DNA of 64,000 nt from Gammaproteobacteria bacterium (GCA_012026925.1 VEPJ01000073.1:6340-70339); one strand, 5' to 3'; numbered from the stretch's first letter, positions 47,001 to 54,590 are shown. The notes: generated by a model from the letters alone, not told the origin. Made by a program: numbers and translations.

Positions 47001-48311
47001 AAGCCGGCCCTGCGCGTCGATCACGGCCACGTCTCCGGCACCTGTTCGACCTGCCACAACGGCACGACGGCCACGGGCAAGGGGACGAACCACATTCCGA
47101 CCACCCAGGAGTGCGGCAGCTGCCACTCGACGCTGGCATGGGTGCCTGCGAATTTCACGCACACGGGCATCACCTCGAACTGCTCGAGCTGCCACGACGG
47201 CGTGAAGGCCACGGGCAAGAATGCTGCCCACATCTTCACGACGGCCGTCTGCGAAGCGTGCCATGCAACCTCGGCGTGGAAGCCGGCGACCCGCGTGGAT
47301 CACGCGCAGGTGCTCGGCACGTGCTCGAGCTGCCACAACGGCTCGAAGGCGACCGGCAAGCCCACGAACCACATCACTACGTCGGCCGAGTGCGGCAACT
47401 GTCACTCGACCACCGCGTGGAAGCCGGCCACGGGCTTCACGCACGACGGCATCACCGGCAACTGCTACAGCTGCCACAACGGCGTGAACGCCGGCGGCAA
47501 GAGCGCCACGCACCTGCAGACGAGCAACCTCTGCGAGTCGTGCCACTCGCCCGCCGGCTGGAAGCCCGCCGTGCGCGTGGACCACAGCCAGGTGATCGGC
47601 AGCTGCTACTCGTGCCACAACGGCACGAACGCCACCGGCAAGAACGCCACGCACATCACGAGCGACACGAGCTGCGACGCCTGCCACACGACGACGGCCT
47701 GGAAGCCGGCGGCGCGCGTCGACCACAACCACGTCACGGGCACGTGCTCGAGCTGCCACAACGGCGTGCAGGCGCCGGGCAAGCCCACCAACCACATTCC
47801 AACGACGCAGGAATGCGGCGTCTGCCATTCGACCCTCGCCTGGCTGCCGGCCGCCTTCGACCACACCGGCGTGACGAGCGGGTGCAGGAACTGCCACAAC
47901 GGCACGACCGCGAGCGGTCCGTCCACCGGCCACATGACGTTCCCGGTCAACAACTTCGACTGCAACAAGTGCCACACGACGACGGCCTGGTCGCCCAACA
48001 CGTTCAGGCACCTCGCCGGCGGCGGCTACCCCGGCGACCATCGCGTCGCGCTGACGTGCACGAGCTGCCACACGACCAACACCGATGCCGCCACCTGGCG
48101 CGCTCCCGCCTACAAGCCGGACTGCGCGGGCTGCCACGCGAGCCGTTTCAAGCCCGACCCGCACAAGAAGTACGGCGACGTGAAGTACACGGTGAGCGAG
48201 CTGCGCAACTGCTCCGGCGCATGCCACATCTACACCGACTCGACGCTGACGACGATCGCCACGCGTCGCTCGGGCCCGCAGCACCGCATCACCGACACGG
48301 AATTCCACTGA
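44049..48311 (+). CDS. giant secreted multihaem c-type cytochrome with 58 CxxCH motifs
   Basis: ATG at 44049, 11 nt after the 21-haem gene. Signal peptide MSKLQRLVVLCLLAIAGHGALA. I counted 58 CxxCH motifs in 1420 aa, mostly in ~47-aa dihaem units of the form AWKPA.RVDH..V.G.C.SCH.G..A.GK...HI.T...C..CH. Confidence 0.9.
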   Translation: MSKLQRLVVLCLLAIAGHGALAQGAGSSFDHVTTGYELTGAHRLQACESCHVDAVFQGTPRACAACHSQGSRIGATPKNSGHIRSTEQCDACHTTSAWSPATRFDHEQTQGTCSSCHNNAQVSGKPAGHIATTMECSACHGTAAWSPSKFDHGSVSGDCASCHTPGGTATAKGPSHLQTSNACDACHTVGAWAPTARVDHTQVSGACASCHDGTHAKGRSTTHIPSADGCESCHSTSAWRPARFDHAGVTERCVTCHDGTKATGVGAKHIKATTSCDACHATVAWKPVTRVDHANVLGSCSSCHNGTLATGQSANHIVTRAECDSCHSSTAWKPAKFDHSGYVNNCASCHDGTRAKGKNPTHLRTTESCESCHVIAGWKPVSAVDHTQVLGTCSSCHDGTAATGKSANHIPTDGACSNCHTTNAWKPAKFSHDGVTATCITCHDGTRATGKSTTHIQSSNGCQACHSTFSWRPVTRVDHAQVTGSCYSCHNGTTASGKHSAHLTTSNDCAACHATQAWKPATRVDHASVLGTCGSCHDGKIATGKTANHIVTRAECGDCHATSAWKPARFDHSSITEACSVCHDGVKATGKTTSHIPTTAECGTCHATAAWKPARFSHDGITAACITCHDGVKQTGKSTTHIQSTDGCQACHSTTGWRPVVKVDHAQVSGSCYSCHNGTSATGKNASHIQSTNNCAACHATTAWKPATSVDHGEVTGSCFSCHNGTSAKGKPVNHIVSSDDCAACHTPSAWKPAKWDHTGIVDKCSSCHDGVKATGKTATHLATTATCEACHSVSGWRPATRVDHAQVIGTCSSCHDGAKAPGKGPNHIPTTSECGSCHTTLAWKPANFTHAGITSGCATCHDGIKATGKSATHLFTSAACEACHSTSAWKPATRVDHAQVLGTCSSCHNGAKATGKPVNHIVTNAECGSCHGTTAWKPATGFDHSGVTGNCYSCHDGVKATGKGATHITTDTSCESCHATSAWKPALRVDHGHVSGTCSTCHNGTTATGKGTNHIPTTQECGSCHSTLAWVPANFTHTGITSNCSSCHDGVKATGKNAAHIFTTAVCEACHATSAWKPATRVDHAQVLGTCSSCHNGSKATGKPTNHITTSAECGNCHSTTAWKPATGFTHDGITGNCYSCHNGVNAGGKSATHLQTSNLCESCHSPAGWKPAVRVDHSQVIGSCYSCHNGTNATGKNATHITSDTSCDACHTTTAWKPAARVDHNHVTGTCSSCHNGVQAPGKPTNHIPTTQECGVCHSTLAWLPAAFDHTGVTSGCRNCHNGTTASGPSTGHMTFPVNNFDCNKCHTTTAWSPNTFRHLAGGGYPGDHRVALTCTSCHTTNTDAATWRAPAYKPDCAGCHASRFKPDPHKKYGDVKYTVSELRNCSGACHIYTDSTLTTIATRRSGPQHRITDTEFH
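44150..47900 (+). repeat. in-frame tandem coding repeats (~141-nt dihaem units with a higher-order 561-nt block)
   Basis: The periodic ...TGCCAC... pattern and the recurring GCCTGGAAGCC/GTCGACCAC strings are visible throughout. An identical 33-mer lies at 46727-46759 and 47288-47320. Confidence 0.85.
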
Positions 48312-50695
48312 TGCGGCCCGGCACCCAAAGGCTCGCATCGCTCGCACTGCTTGCGCTGCTCGCGGATCCGGCGGCCGCGCAGGTCGCCGGGCGGCTGGTC
48401 GACGAGGTCAGCGTCGGCGAGCAGGATGGCTACGCGACGGTCACCTTCGTGTTCGGCTGCAACGTGCAGTACGTGAGCCACGTACCGGCCAGCAGCGGTG
48501 ACACGGTGCGAGTACGGCTCGTGCCGGGACCGGACTGCGGGTCGCCCGCAGCGGGCTGGATCGTGCCACCGCCGCTCGACCCCCGCGGCGTGATCCGCGC
48601 GGTGGACGTCGACCGCACCATGGGCCGCAACGTGGACCTCGCGATTCGCTGGTCGAAGTCGGAGCAGTTCGTGCTGGTTCCATCGACGAACCGGCGGGGC
48701 CTGCGAATCCTGCTCGTGCGGCCCGAGGCGGACCGCTCCAGCGTGAGCGTGAAGGAGGTGACCGGCAGCGTCTCGGTCTATGCCGTCAATCTCGACGCTT
48801 CGCAGCAGCCGTACGACGCGGCCTCCATCGCAGCGGCGCAGCAGGTGACCGGAGTAAGTGCCTACGTCTCGGAGACCACCGTCGACGGGCAGAAGTGGTA
48901 CCGGTTGCGCGCCGGTCCGTTCGTCGCCGAGTCCGATGCGCGCAAGGTCCTGGTCGCTGCGCGCACCCGCTACCCGAAGGCATGGCTCGCGGTGTCCGAC
49001 GACCCGAAGATGAGCAAGACCGGGCTGCCGGATGCGGTCGGCAGCGTGCAGACGGTCGCGACTCCCGGCAATGCGACGCTGACCCAGCAGGACATCGACC
49101 AGACGTTGAAGCGCGCGCAGGAGATGATGCGGCGCAAGGACTACGTCGTCGCGATCCAGCTGCTCACGCGCCTGACGGAGCAGCCCGAATTCCCGCAGCG
49201 CGCCGAGGCCCAGGAACTGCTGGGACTGGCCCGCGAGCGCAACGGCCAGCTCGCCCACGCGAAGGCCGAGTACGAGGAGTATCTCCGGCGCTATCCGGAT
49301 GGCGACGCGGCCGACCGCGTGTCGAAGCGATTGCGTGCGATCACGTTCGCGGCGAGCCCAGCCAGCGCCCAGGCGCGGACGGCTGCTGCGGACGAGTCGA
49401 AGTGGAAGGTCTACGGTGGCATATCCCAGACCTATCGCCGGGACTCGAGCACGTTCGACAACGGTACGGTGTCGAGGAATTCGACCACGCAGGACGCGAT
49501 CCTGAACGACGTGGCGCTGGCCGCGCGTCGCAGCGGCGAGCGCTACGACGTCGCGGTGCGGGTGAGCGGTGCGTACGGCATCGACATGATGTCGGACGGC
49601 CCCGGCAACCAGGGCACGCTGACGCTGCTGTTCGCGGAGCTCCGCGACCGCGTGCTCGACTGGACGGTGCGCGGCGGTCGCCAGTCGGGCAGCCTCGGCG
49701 GATTGATCGGTACATTCGACGGCCTGTATGGCGGCTACCAGGTCGCGCCGAAGTTGCGCCTCAACGCGTACCTCGGCTACCCCGTCAATTCCGCGCGCTC
49801 GGCGCCCTCCTCGGACCAGACGTTCTACGCTTTGTCCGCCGACATCGGCACGTTCGCCGAGGCCTGGGATCTCTCGCTGTACGCGATCGACCAGACCTAC
49901 ACCGGGTACACGGACCGCCAGGCGATCGGCACGGAGCTGCGCTACTTCCGGCCGGGCCTGACGTTCGTCGGTCTCGCCGACTACGACATCCACTTCGGCG
50001 ACCTGAACGACGTACTGCTGCTCGGCACGGCAGCGCTCCCCGCCCGCTGGACGATGAGCGTGAATTACGACCATCGCAAGAGCCCGGGACTGAGCCTGCG
50101 CAATGCACTGATCGGGCAGCCCGTGCGCACGTTCGACCAGCTGTTCGACCTCTTCTCTGCGTCGCAGATCCAGCAGCTGGCACAGGACCGGACGGCGGCG
50201 TCAGACACCTACACCTTGTCGCTGTCGAGGCCGTTCGGCGAGCGCTGGCAGTGGTCACTGGACCTCTCGGGCATGAGCATCAGCGGGACGCCGGCGTCGG
50301 GCGGCGTCGAGGCGACGGCGCCTTCCGGCACGGACTACATCGTCTCGTCACAGGCGCTCGGCTACGGGCTCTTCGGGCGCGGCGACGTGTCCTCGCTCGG
50401 CTTGCAGTACCAGACCGGAGAGGCGACCGATACGATCTCGCTCGGCCTCTACACGCAGCTGCCGGTCGGGCAGATGTGGCGCCTGAGCCCGCGGATCCGG
50501 TTCGACCAGCGCCAGTTCCACACCGACGGATCGACTCAGCTGCTCTACGCGCCCGGGCTGCGCGCCGAGATGCGCTGGCAGAGGTTCTGGCTCGAACTCG
50601 AGGGCGGCGCCGAGATCGGTCAGCGTTCGCTCGGCGACTCGAGCGCCGACACCACCCGCTATTACTTCAGTCTTGGATACCGCTATGACCTCTGA
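48311..50695 (+). CDS. outer-membrane protein with signal peptide, SPOR-like domain, TPR-like segment and C-terminal beta-barrel
   Basis: ATG at 48311 overlaps the cytochrome TGA (TGATG). Signal peptide LALLALLADPAAA. SPOR-like YAVNL...DGQKWYRLRAGPFVAESDARKVL. TPR-like KDYVVAIQLL...AEYEEYLRRYPDG. Then ~430 aa of alternating amphipathic strands ending YYFSLGYRYDL. Confidence 0.7.
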   Translation: MRPGTQRLASLALLALLADPAAAQVAGRLVDEVSVGEQDGYATVTFVFGCNVQYVSHVPASSGDTVRVRLVPGPDCGSPAAGWIVPPPLDPRGVIRAVDVDRTMGRNVDLAIRWSKSEQFVLVPSTNRRGLRILLVRPEADRSSVSVKEVTGSVSVYAVNLDASQQPYDAASIAAAQQVTGVSAYVSETTVDGQKWYRLRAGPFVAESDARKVLVAARTRYPKAWLAVSDDPKMSKTGLPDAVGSVQTVATPGNATLTQQDIDQTLKRAQEMMRRKDYVVAIQLLTRLTEQPEFPQRAEAQELLGLARERNGQLAHAKAEYEEYLRRYPDGDAADRVSKRLRAITFAASPASAQARTAAADESKWKVYGGISQTYRRDSSTFDNGTVSRNSTTQDAILNDVALAARRSGERYDVAVRVSGAYGIDMMSDGPGNQGTLTLLFAELRDRVLDWTVRGGRQSGSLGGLIGTFDGLYGGYQVAPKLRLNAYLGYPVNSARSAPSSDQTFYALSADIGTFAEAWDLSLYAIDQTYTGYTDRQAIGTELRYFRPGLTFVGLADYDIHFGDLNDVLLLGTAALPARWTMSVNYDHRKSPGLSLRNALIGQPVRTFDQLFDLFSASQIQQLAQDRTAASDTYTLSLSRPFGERWQWSLDLSGMSISGTPASGGVEATAPSGTDYIVSSQALGYGLFGRGDVSSLGLQYQTGEATDTISLGLYTQLPVGQMWRLSPRIRFDQRQFHTDGSTQLLYAPGLRAEMRWQRFWLELEGGAEIGQRSLGDSSADTTRYYFSLGYRYDL

Positions 50696-51269
50696 CACGA
50701 GTCGTTTGCAACGACGCTTGCGTCCAGTCGTCGCGCTCGCCATCGCGCTCGCCGCCGCGTCGTGTGCTTCGGGACCAGGCCAGGACGTCGCCAGTCGCAC
50801 GGGGGCGGCGGCCGATGCCCGCGCCACCGTCGCTTACGGCACACTCGTCTTCGCCCGCGAGCGGCCGGAACTGGCAGCCCACGCCCGCGATTACCTGACA
50901 CTCGTGCCGGTCGCCGTCGGGCCCGCCGGATCGCAGTCGCTGTACTTCTACGGCTACGTCTGGTCGACCATCGACAAGCGCGGGCTGCGCGCCTCGGACG
51001 ACGCAGCCGGCCAGTTCGAGTTGATCGCCGATGATCGGAGGATTCCGCTCGCTCCGGTCCAGGCCACGCCCGATGAACTGGGATTGGCCGTGCCGCCCGT
51101 GCGCGCGCCTTCGGGCTCCGCCCGGCTACTGATCGCCGCGACCAGCCGCGAGACGCTCGAGTTCCTTGCTGCAGCGGGCAAGGTCCGCGCCGTCCGTGTG
51201 GACGGCGATAAGGCAGAGCGTTACGAGCTCTGGTCGGGCAACCCCGACTCGCTCCTCGCGATGCGATAG
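50685..51269 (+). CDS. lipoprotein of unknown function (last gene of the multihaem operon)
   Basis: ATG at 50685 overlaps the barrel gene by 11 nt. Lipobox-like ALAAASC. No motif recognised. Confidence 0.5.
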   Translation: MTSDTSRLQRRLRPVVALAIALAAASCASGPGQDVASRTGAAADARATVAYGTLVFARERPELAAHARDYLTLVPVAVGPAGSQSLYFYGYVWSTIDKRGLRASDDAAGQFELIADDRRIPLAPVQATPDELGLAVPPVRAPSGSARLLIAATSRETLEFLAAAGKVRAVRVDGDKAERYELWSGNPDSLLAMR

Positions 51270-51331
51270 GAAAGAAGGTGCCATTCACCGAATTTCCGAC
51301 TCGGAAATTCGGTGAATGGCACCTATTTTCC
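51269..51331. repeat. palindromic intergenic element, copy 3 (perfect 24-bp arms)
   Basis: AGGTGCCATTCACCGAATTTCCGA (51276-51299), C, then TCGGAAATTCGGTGAATGGCACCT (51301-51324). It lies exactly between convergent stops at 51269 and 51331 and shares GGTGCC and ATTTCCG strings with copies 1 and 2. Confidence 0.9.
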
Positions 51332-53280
51332 TACGCGGCTTCTTTCGGCGCCTCCGGCGCCGCCTTCACCGCCGCCGGGTGCTCGTAGTCGTTCTTCTGC
51401 CAGTCGCGATACTGCGGCGGGATCGGGTTGATGGCGCCCGCGGCCAGCCAGTCGAGCTTGCCGTCCATCAGCAGCCCCGTGACCTTGTTGTACAGGCCGT
51501 TGTAGTTGCTCTTCACCGCGCGGAAATTGCCCTCGATGTGCCGGCGCGCCTCGCGGCAGAAGAGATCCGCAAGTTCCTGCGGCGACTGGTCGGCCGGGTT
51601 GGCCGCCATGAGGTGATCGGCGTACGAGAGCGTCGCGCCCATCACGAACAGGTCCACCCCGATGTCGACGAAGTTGCCGAGGATGATCTGCTCCTTCTCG
51701 AGCTTCGGCCCGAACTTCGCCATCGTGGCGAACAGCCGCCGCGCGAGCAGCTTCGACGTCTTCGCCGCATACGCCAGGTGCTTGCGGTTCCTGTCGTTCA
51801 GGTTGGCCGCCTCGAGGTGCCCGCCCGTGTCAGGGACGAACAGCTTCGGCAGCCACGTCGAGTAGAAGCCGGCCGCCTTCATCATCGCCTCGCGCTTCGA
51901 AACCTTCTGCCCCGGCTTCGGCTGCAGGATCGGCATGACGAGCTTGAAGTGCGTGTCGAGCGCCTCGCGCGCCATGATCAGGTGCATGACCTGCGACGAG
52001 CCCTCGAAGATGCGGTTGATGCGCGCGTCGCGCAGCCCCATCTCGACCGCCGTGGGACGCTCGCCGCGGGCATACAGCGACTTGGCGCGCTCATAGCCGC
52101 GACCGCCGCGCACCTGCACGTAGTCGTCGTACATCTTCCAAAGCGTCTCGGAACACCAGTACTTGGCTGCGGCCGCCTCGAGCCGGATGTCGGCATTCTT
52201 GTGGTCTGCGAACGAGCAGGCCACCTGCACCATGGCCTTCATCGCGAAGAGCTGGGCCATGTAGTTCGCCGCCATCTTCGCCACGGCCTGGTGCTTGCCG
52301 ACCGGCTGGCCCCACTGCTGCCGCGTCGAGGTCCACCACTTCGCGTCCTCGACGAGCGCCATGCCGCCGCCGATCGCGGCCGCGGGAATGCCCAGCCGGC
52401 CGACGTTCAGCGTCGCGAGCGCGATCTTGAGACCCTCGCCCGTCTTGCCGATCAGGTTCTCGACCGGGACCTTCACGTCCTTGAACGCGACGACGCCGTT
52501 CGCGAGCCCGCGCAGGCCCATGAAGCGCGAGCGCCGCACTCGCTCGACGCCCGGCCACGCCGTCTCGACGACGAAGCAGGAAATCTGCGGGAGCTTCCTG
52601 CCGTCGGGCAGGACCTTGTCGGGCGTGCGCGCGAGGACGGCGATGAGCGTCGTCTTCGGGTCGGTGATGTTGGTGCACCAGAGCTTGTCGCCGTTCAGGA
52701 TGTAATGCTTGCCGTCCGGCGACAGCGTCGCCGTCGTCGACATGCGCGCCGGGTCCGAACCGACGCCGGGCTCGGTGAGCGCGAACGCCGAGATCTCGCC
52801 CTTGGCGAGCCGCGGCAGGTACTTGCGCTTCTGCTCCTCGGTGCCGAATTCCTTCAGCGGCTGCGGTACGCCGATGCTCTGGTGCGCCGAGAGATACGCC
52901 ACCGTCACCGCGCAGTAGCCGCCGACGAAGCCGAGCACGCGGGCGTAGTTGGTGACCGAGAACCCGAGTCCGCCGTACTCCTTCGGGATCTTCATGCCGA
53001 AGAGGCCGACCGCCGCCATGGCCTCGAGCGCCTCGCGCGGATATTCGCCCTCCTCGTCGATCTGCCACGGGTCGATGTACTTCTCGAGCACGGGGCGGAT
53101 CTTCTCGATGTACTCGTCACCGATCTTCCTGTCCTCCGGCGACTGCGCGGGGAACGGGTGGATCAGGTCCCACCGGAAGTTGCCCTTGAACACCTCGGCC
53201 GTGAAGCTCACGTTCTCCCACTCGGCCTGTCGCGCGTCCTCGGCCAGTTGCATCGCGACGTCTTTCGCCTTGGCGTCCAT
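51331..53280 (-). CDS. large acyl-CoA dehydrogenase (FadE-like)
   Basis: 649-aa ORF with ACAD motifs (AFALTEPGVGSDPA and QVRGGRGYE) and a long C-terminal extension. Confidence 0.9.
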   Translation of the reverse strand: MDAKAKDVAMQLAEDARQAEWENVSFTAEVFKGNFRWDLIHPFPAQSPEDRKIGDEYIEKIRPVLEKYIDPWQIDEEGEYPREALEAMAAVGLFGMKIPKEYGGLGFSVTNYARVLGFVGGYCAVTVAYLSAHQSIGVPQPLKEFGTEEQKRKYLPRLAKGEISAFALTEPGVGSDPARMSTTATLSPDGKHYILNGDKLWCTNITDPKTTLIAVLARTPDKVLPDGRKLPQISCFVVETAWPGVERVRRSRFMGLRGLANGVVAFKDVKVPVENLIGKTGEGLKIALATLNVGRLGIPAAAIGGGMALVEDAKWWTSTRQQWGQPVGKHQAVAKMAANYMAQLFAMKAMVQVACSFADHKNADIRLEAAAAKYWCSETLWKMYDDYVQVRGGRGYERAKSLYARGERPTAVEMGLRDARINRIFEGSSQVMHLIMAREALDTHFKLVMPILQPKPGQKVSKREAMMKAAGFYSTWLPKLFVPDTGGHLEAANLNDRNRKHLAYAAKTSKLLARRLFATMAKFGPKLEKEQIILGNFVDIGVDLFVMGATLSYADHLMAANPADQSPQELADLFCREARRHIEGNFRAVKSNYNGLYNKVTGLLMDGKLDWLAAGAINPIPPQYRDWQKNDYEHPAAVKAAPEAPKEAA

Positions 53281-53333
53281 AAGCGGTCCTCGGGGGTTCC
53301 GGATCGGGAAAGGTCTGGAATGGGTCTAAGGAA

Positions 53334-53350
53334 GCGGCCCGTTCGGCCGC
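53334..53350 (-). terminator. weak hairpin downstream of the tad operon
   Basis: GCGGCC-CGTTC-GGCCGC, about 55 nt after the tadD-like stop. The trailing T-tract is poor. Confidence 0.25.
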
Positions 53351-53405
53351 GCCCGAATATCTCGCAACTCGACGCGGGCGGGTATCTCGGTTTTGTGCAG
53401 TGCAG

Positions 53406-54590
53406 CTAATTCGGGCGGGCCGGATCCACGGGCCCGCTCGACGCCGGCGAGGGCTTCTCGGCCAGGATCGCGGACGAGACCCAGCCCGTGTGCTCGGCAC
53501 CGCCTGCGACGCGGAACCGGATGAGCGACGAGGACTGCTGCATCCGGAGCACCTGGACCAGGTCCCCCTTGGCCACTGTCCCCACGACGGCACCGTCCGA
53601 GTACACGACCGAGTCGGCGACGACGACCCTCACGGCGTCGTTGCCGGGTGCCGCGAGCAACCGCTCGTTCGCGAGCCCCAGGTTCTTCTGGGCCTCCTCG
53701 AAATAACGTGGCGACTCGGTGATCGCCGACTGGAAATATCGCTTGGCGGAGTCGAAGTCGCCGCGTTCCATCGCCGCTTCGCCGAGGAGGTTGTACGCGT
53801 GCGCCAGGTCGGTGTCCCGGGTCAGCGTCTCCAGCGCCTCGGCGTAGCGGCCCTGCACGGCCTGCACCTTCCCCAGGTTCCGCCAGACGTTTCCCTTCGC
53901 ACCGAGGCGAATGGCCGCCTTGAGATCGGCCTCGGCACCGGGCAGGTCGCCCGCCAGGTAGCGCGAAAAGCCACGGTTGTTCATCACCATGGCCGCGCCG
54001 GGCTCGATCGCGAGGGCCTTGTCGTAGTCGCTGATGGCCGCCGTGAAATCGCCGCGGCGATCCGCGAGTATCCCGAGGCCGTTCCAGGATTTCCAGCGCT
54101 TCGGATCCAGCGCGATGGCCCTTTCGAACAGCGGGGGTGCCTCGGCGTCCCGGCCGGACTGGATATACAGCAGGCCCAGCCGCTCGCAGACCCCGGGGTT
54201 GTCCGGCTGCCGCTCGAGCGCAAGTTCGTAGGCCTTCTCCGCGAGCTGCACGTTGCCTTTCTGCTCGTGGATCGCGCCGATCTTCACGAACGGCTCGGAC
54301 CGCGTGGAGTCGAACGACAGCGACTCGACGTAGAGATACACGGCGAGATCGAGCTTGCCCGCCTGGTAGGCGGCGTCACCGCGCTTGATGCCGTCGTCCG
54401 CGGACGTTACCGGGTACTGCGTGGAATGGACGATCGACGGCTCGCCGGAGTAGAGCTGGCTCGCGGCCTGCTTGTCGATGGCGCGCGCCATCTCGGCGCC
54501 CTGCTTCGCGGCTTTGTCGGAATGCGTCGAGGCGCAACCCGCCATTGCCGCAATCAGCAGCCACGCCACGAGACCCGTCCGCGACCTCAC
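53406..54590 (-). CDS. tadD: TadD-like TPR lipoprotein with C-terminal SH3-like domain
   Basis: Lipobox LIAAMAGC and multiple TPR units. The C-terminal ~70 aa (VVYSDGAVVGTVAKGDLVQVL...GWVSSAIL) looks like a bacterial SH3 domain. Last gene of the tad operon. Confidence 0.65.
   Translation of the reverse strand: MRSRTGLVAWLLIAAMAGCASTHSDKAAKQGAEMARAIDKQAASQLYSGEPSIVHSTQYPVTSADDGIKRGDAAYQAGKLDLAVYLYVESLSFDSTRSEPFVKIGAIHEQKGNVQLAEKAYELALERQPDNPGVCERLGLLYIQSGRDAEAPPLFERAIALDPKRWKSWNGLGILADRRGDFTAAISDYDKALAIEPGAAMVMNNRGFSRYLAGDLPGAEADLKAAIRLGAKGNVWRNLGKVQAVQGRYAEALETLTRDTDLAHAYNLLGEAAMERGDFDSAKRYFQSAITESPRYFEEAQKNLGLANERLLAAPGNDAVRVVVADSVVYSDGAVVGTVAKGDLVQVLRMQQSSSLIRFRVAGGAEHTGWVSSAILAEKPSPASSGPVDPARPN

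Noticed and set aside
44150-47900. Regular tandem repeats that might be mistaken for a CRISPR array
   Set aside because: The repeats are in frame, contiguous with no unique spacers, and encode the CxxCH dihaem unit. No cas genes are present.
45929-48310. N-terminal 794-aa extension of the 1588-aa ORF that contains the beta-barrel protein
   Set aside because: It is an alternative frame of the cytochrome repeat array. The signal peptide and the ATG at 48311 directly abut the cytochrome stop.
44076-48347. 713-aa and 706-aa minus-strand ORFs plus several plus-strand alternative-frame ORFs inside the 58-haem gene
   Set aside because: These are by-products of the periodic, GC-rich coding repeat. 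Only the frame giving regularly spaced CxxCH motifs plus a signal peptide is biologically coherent.
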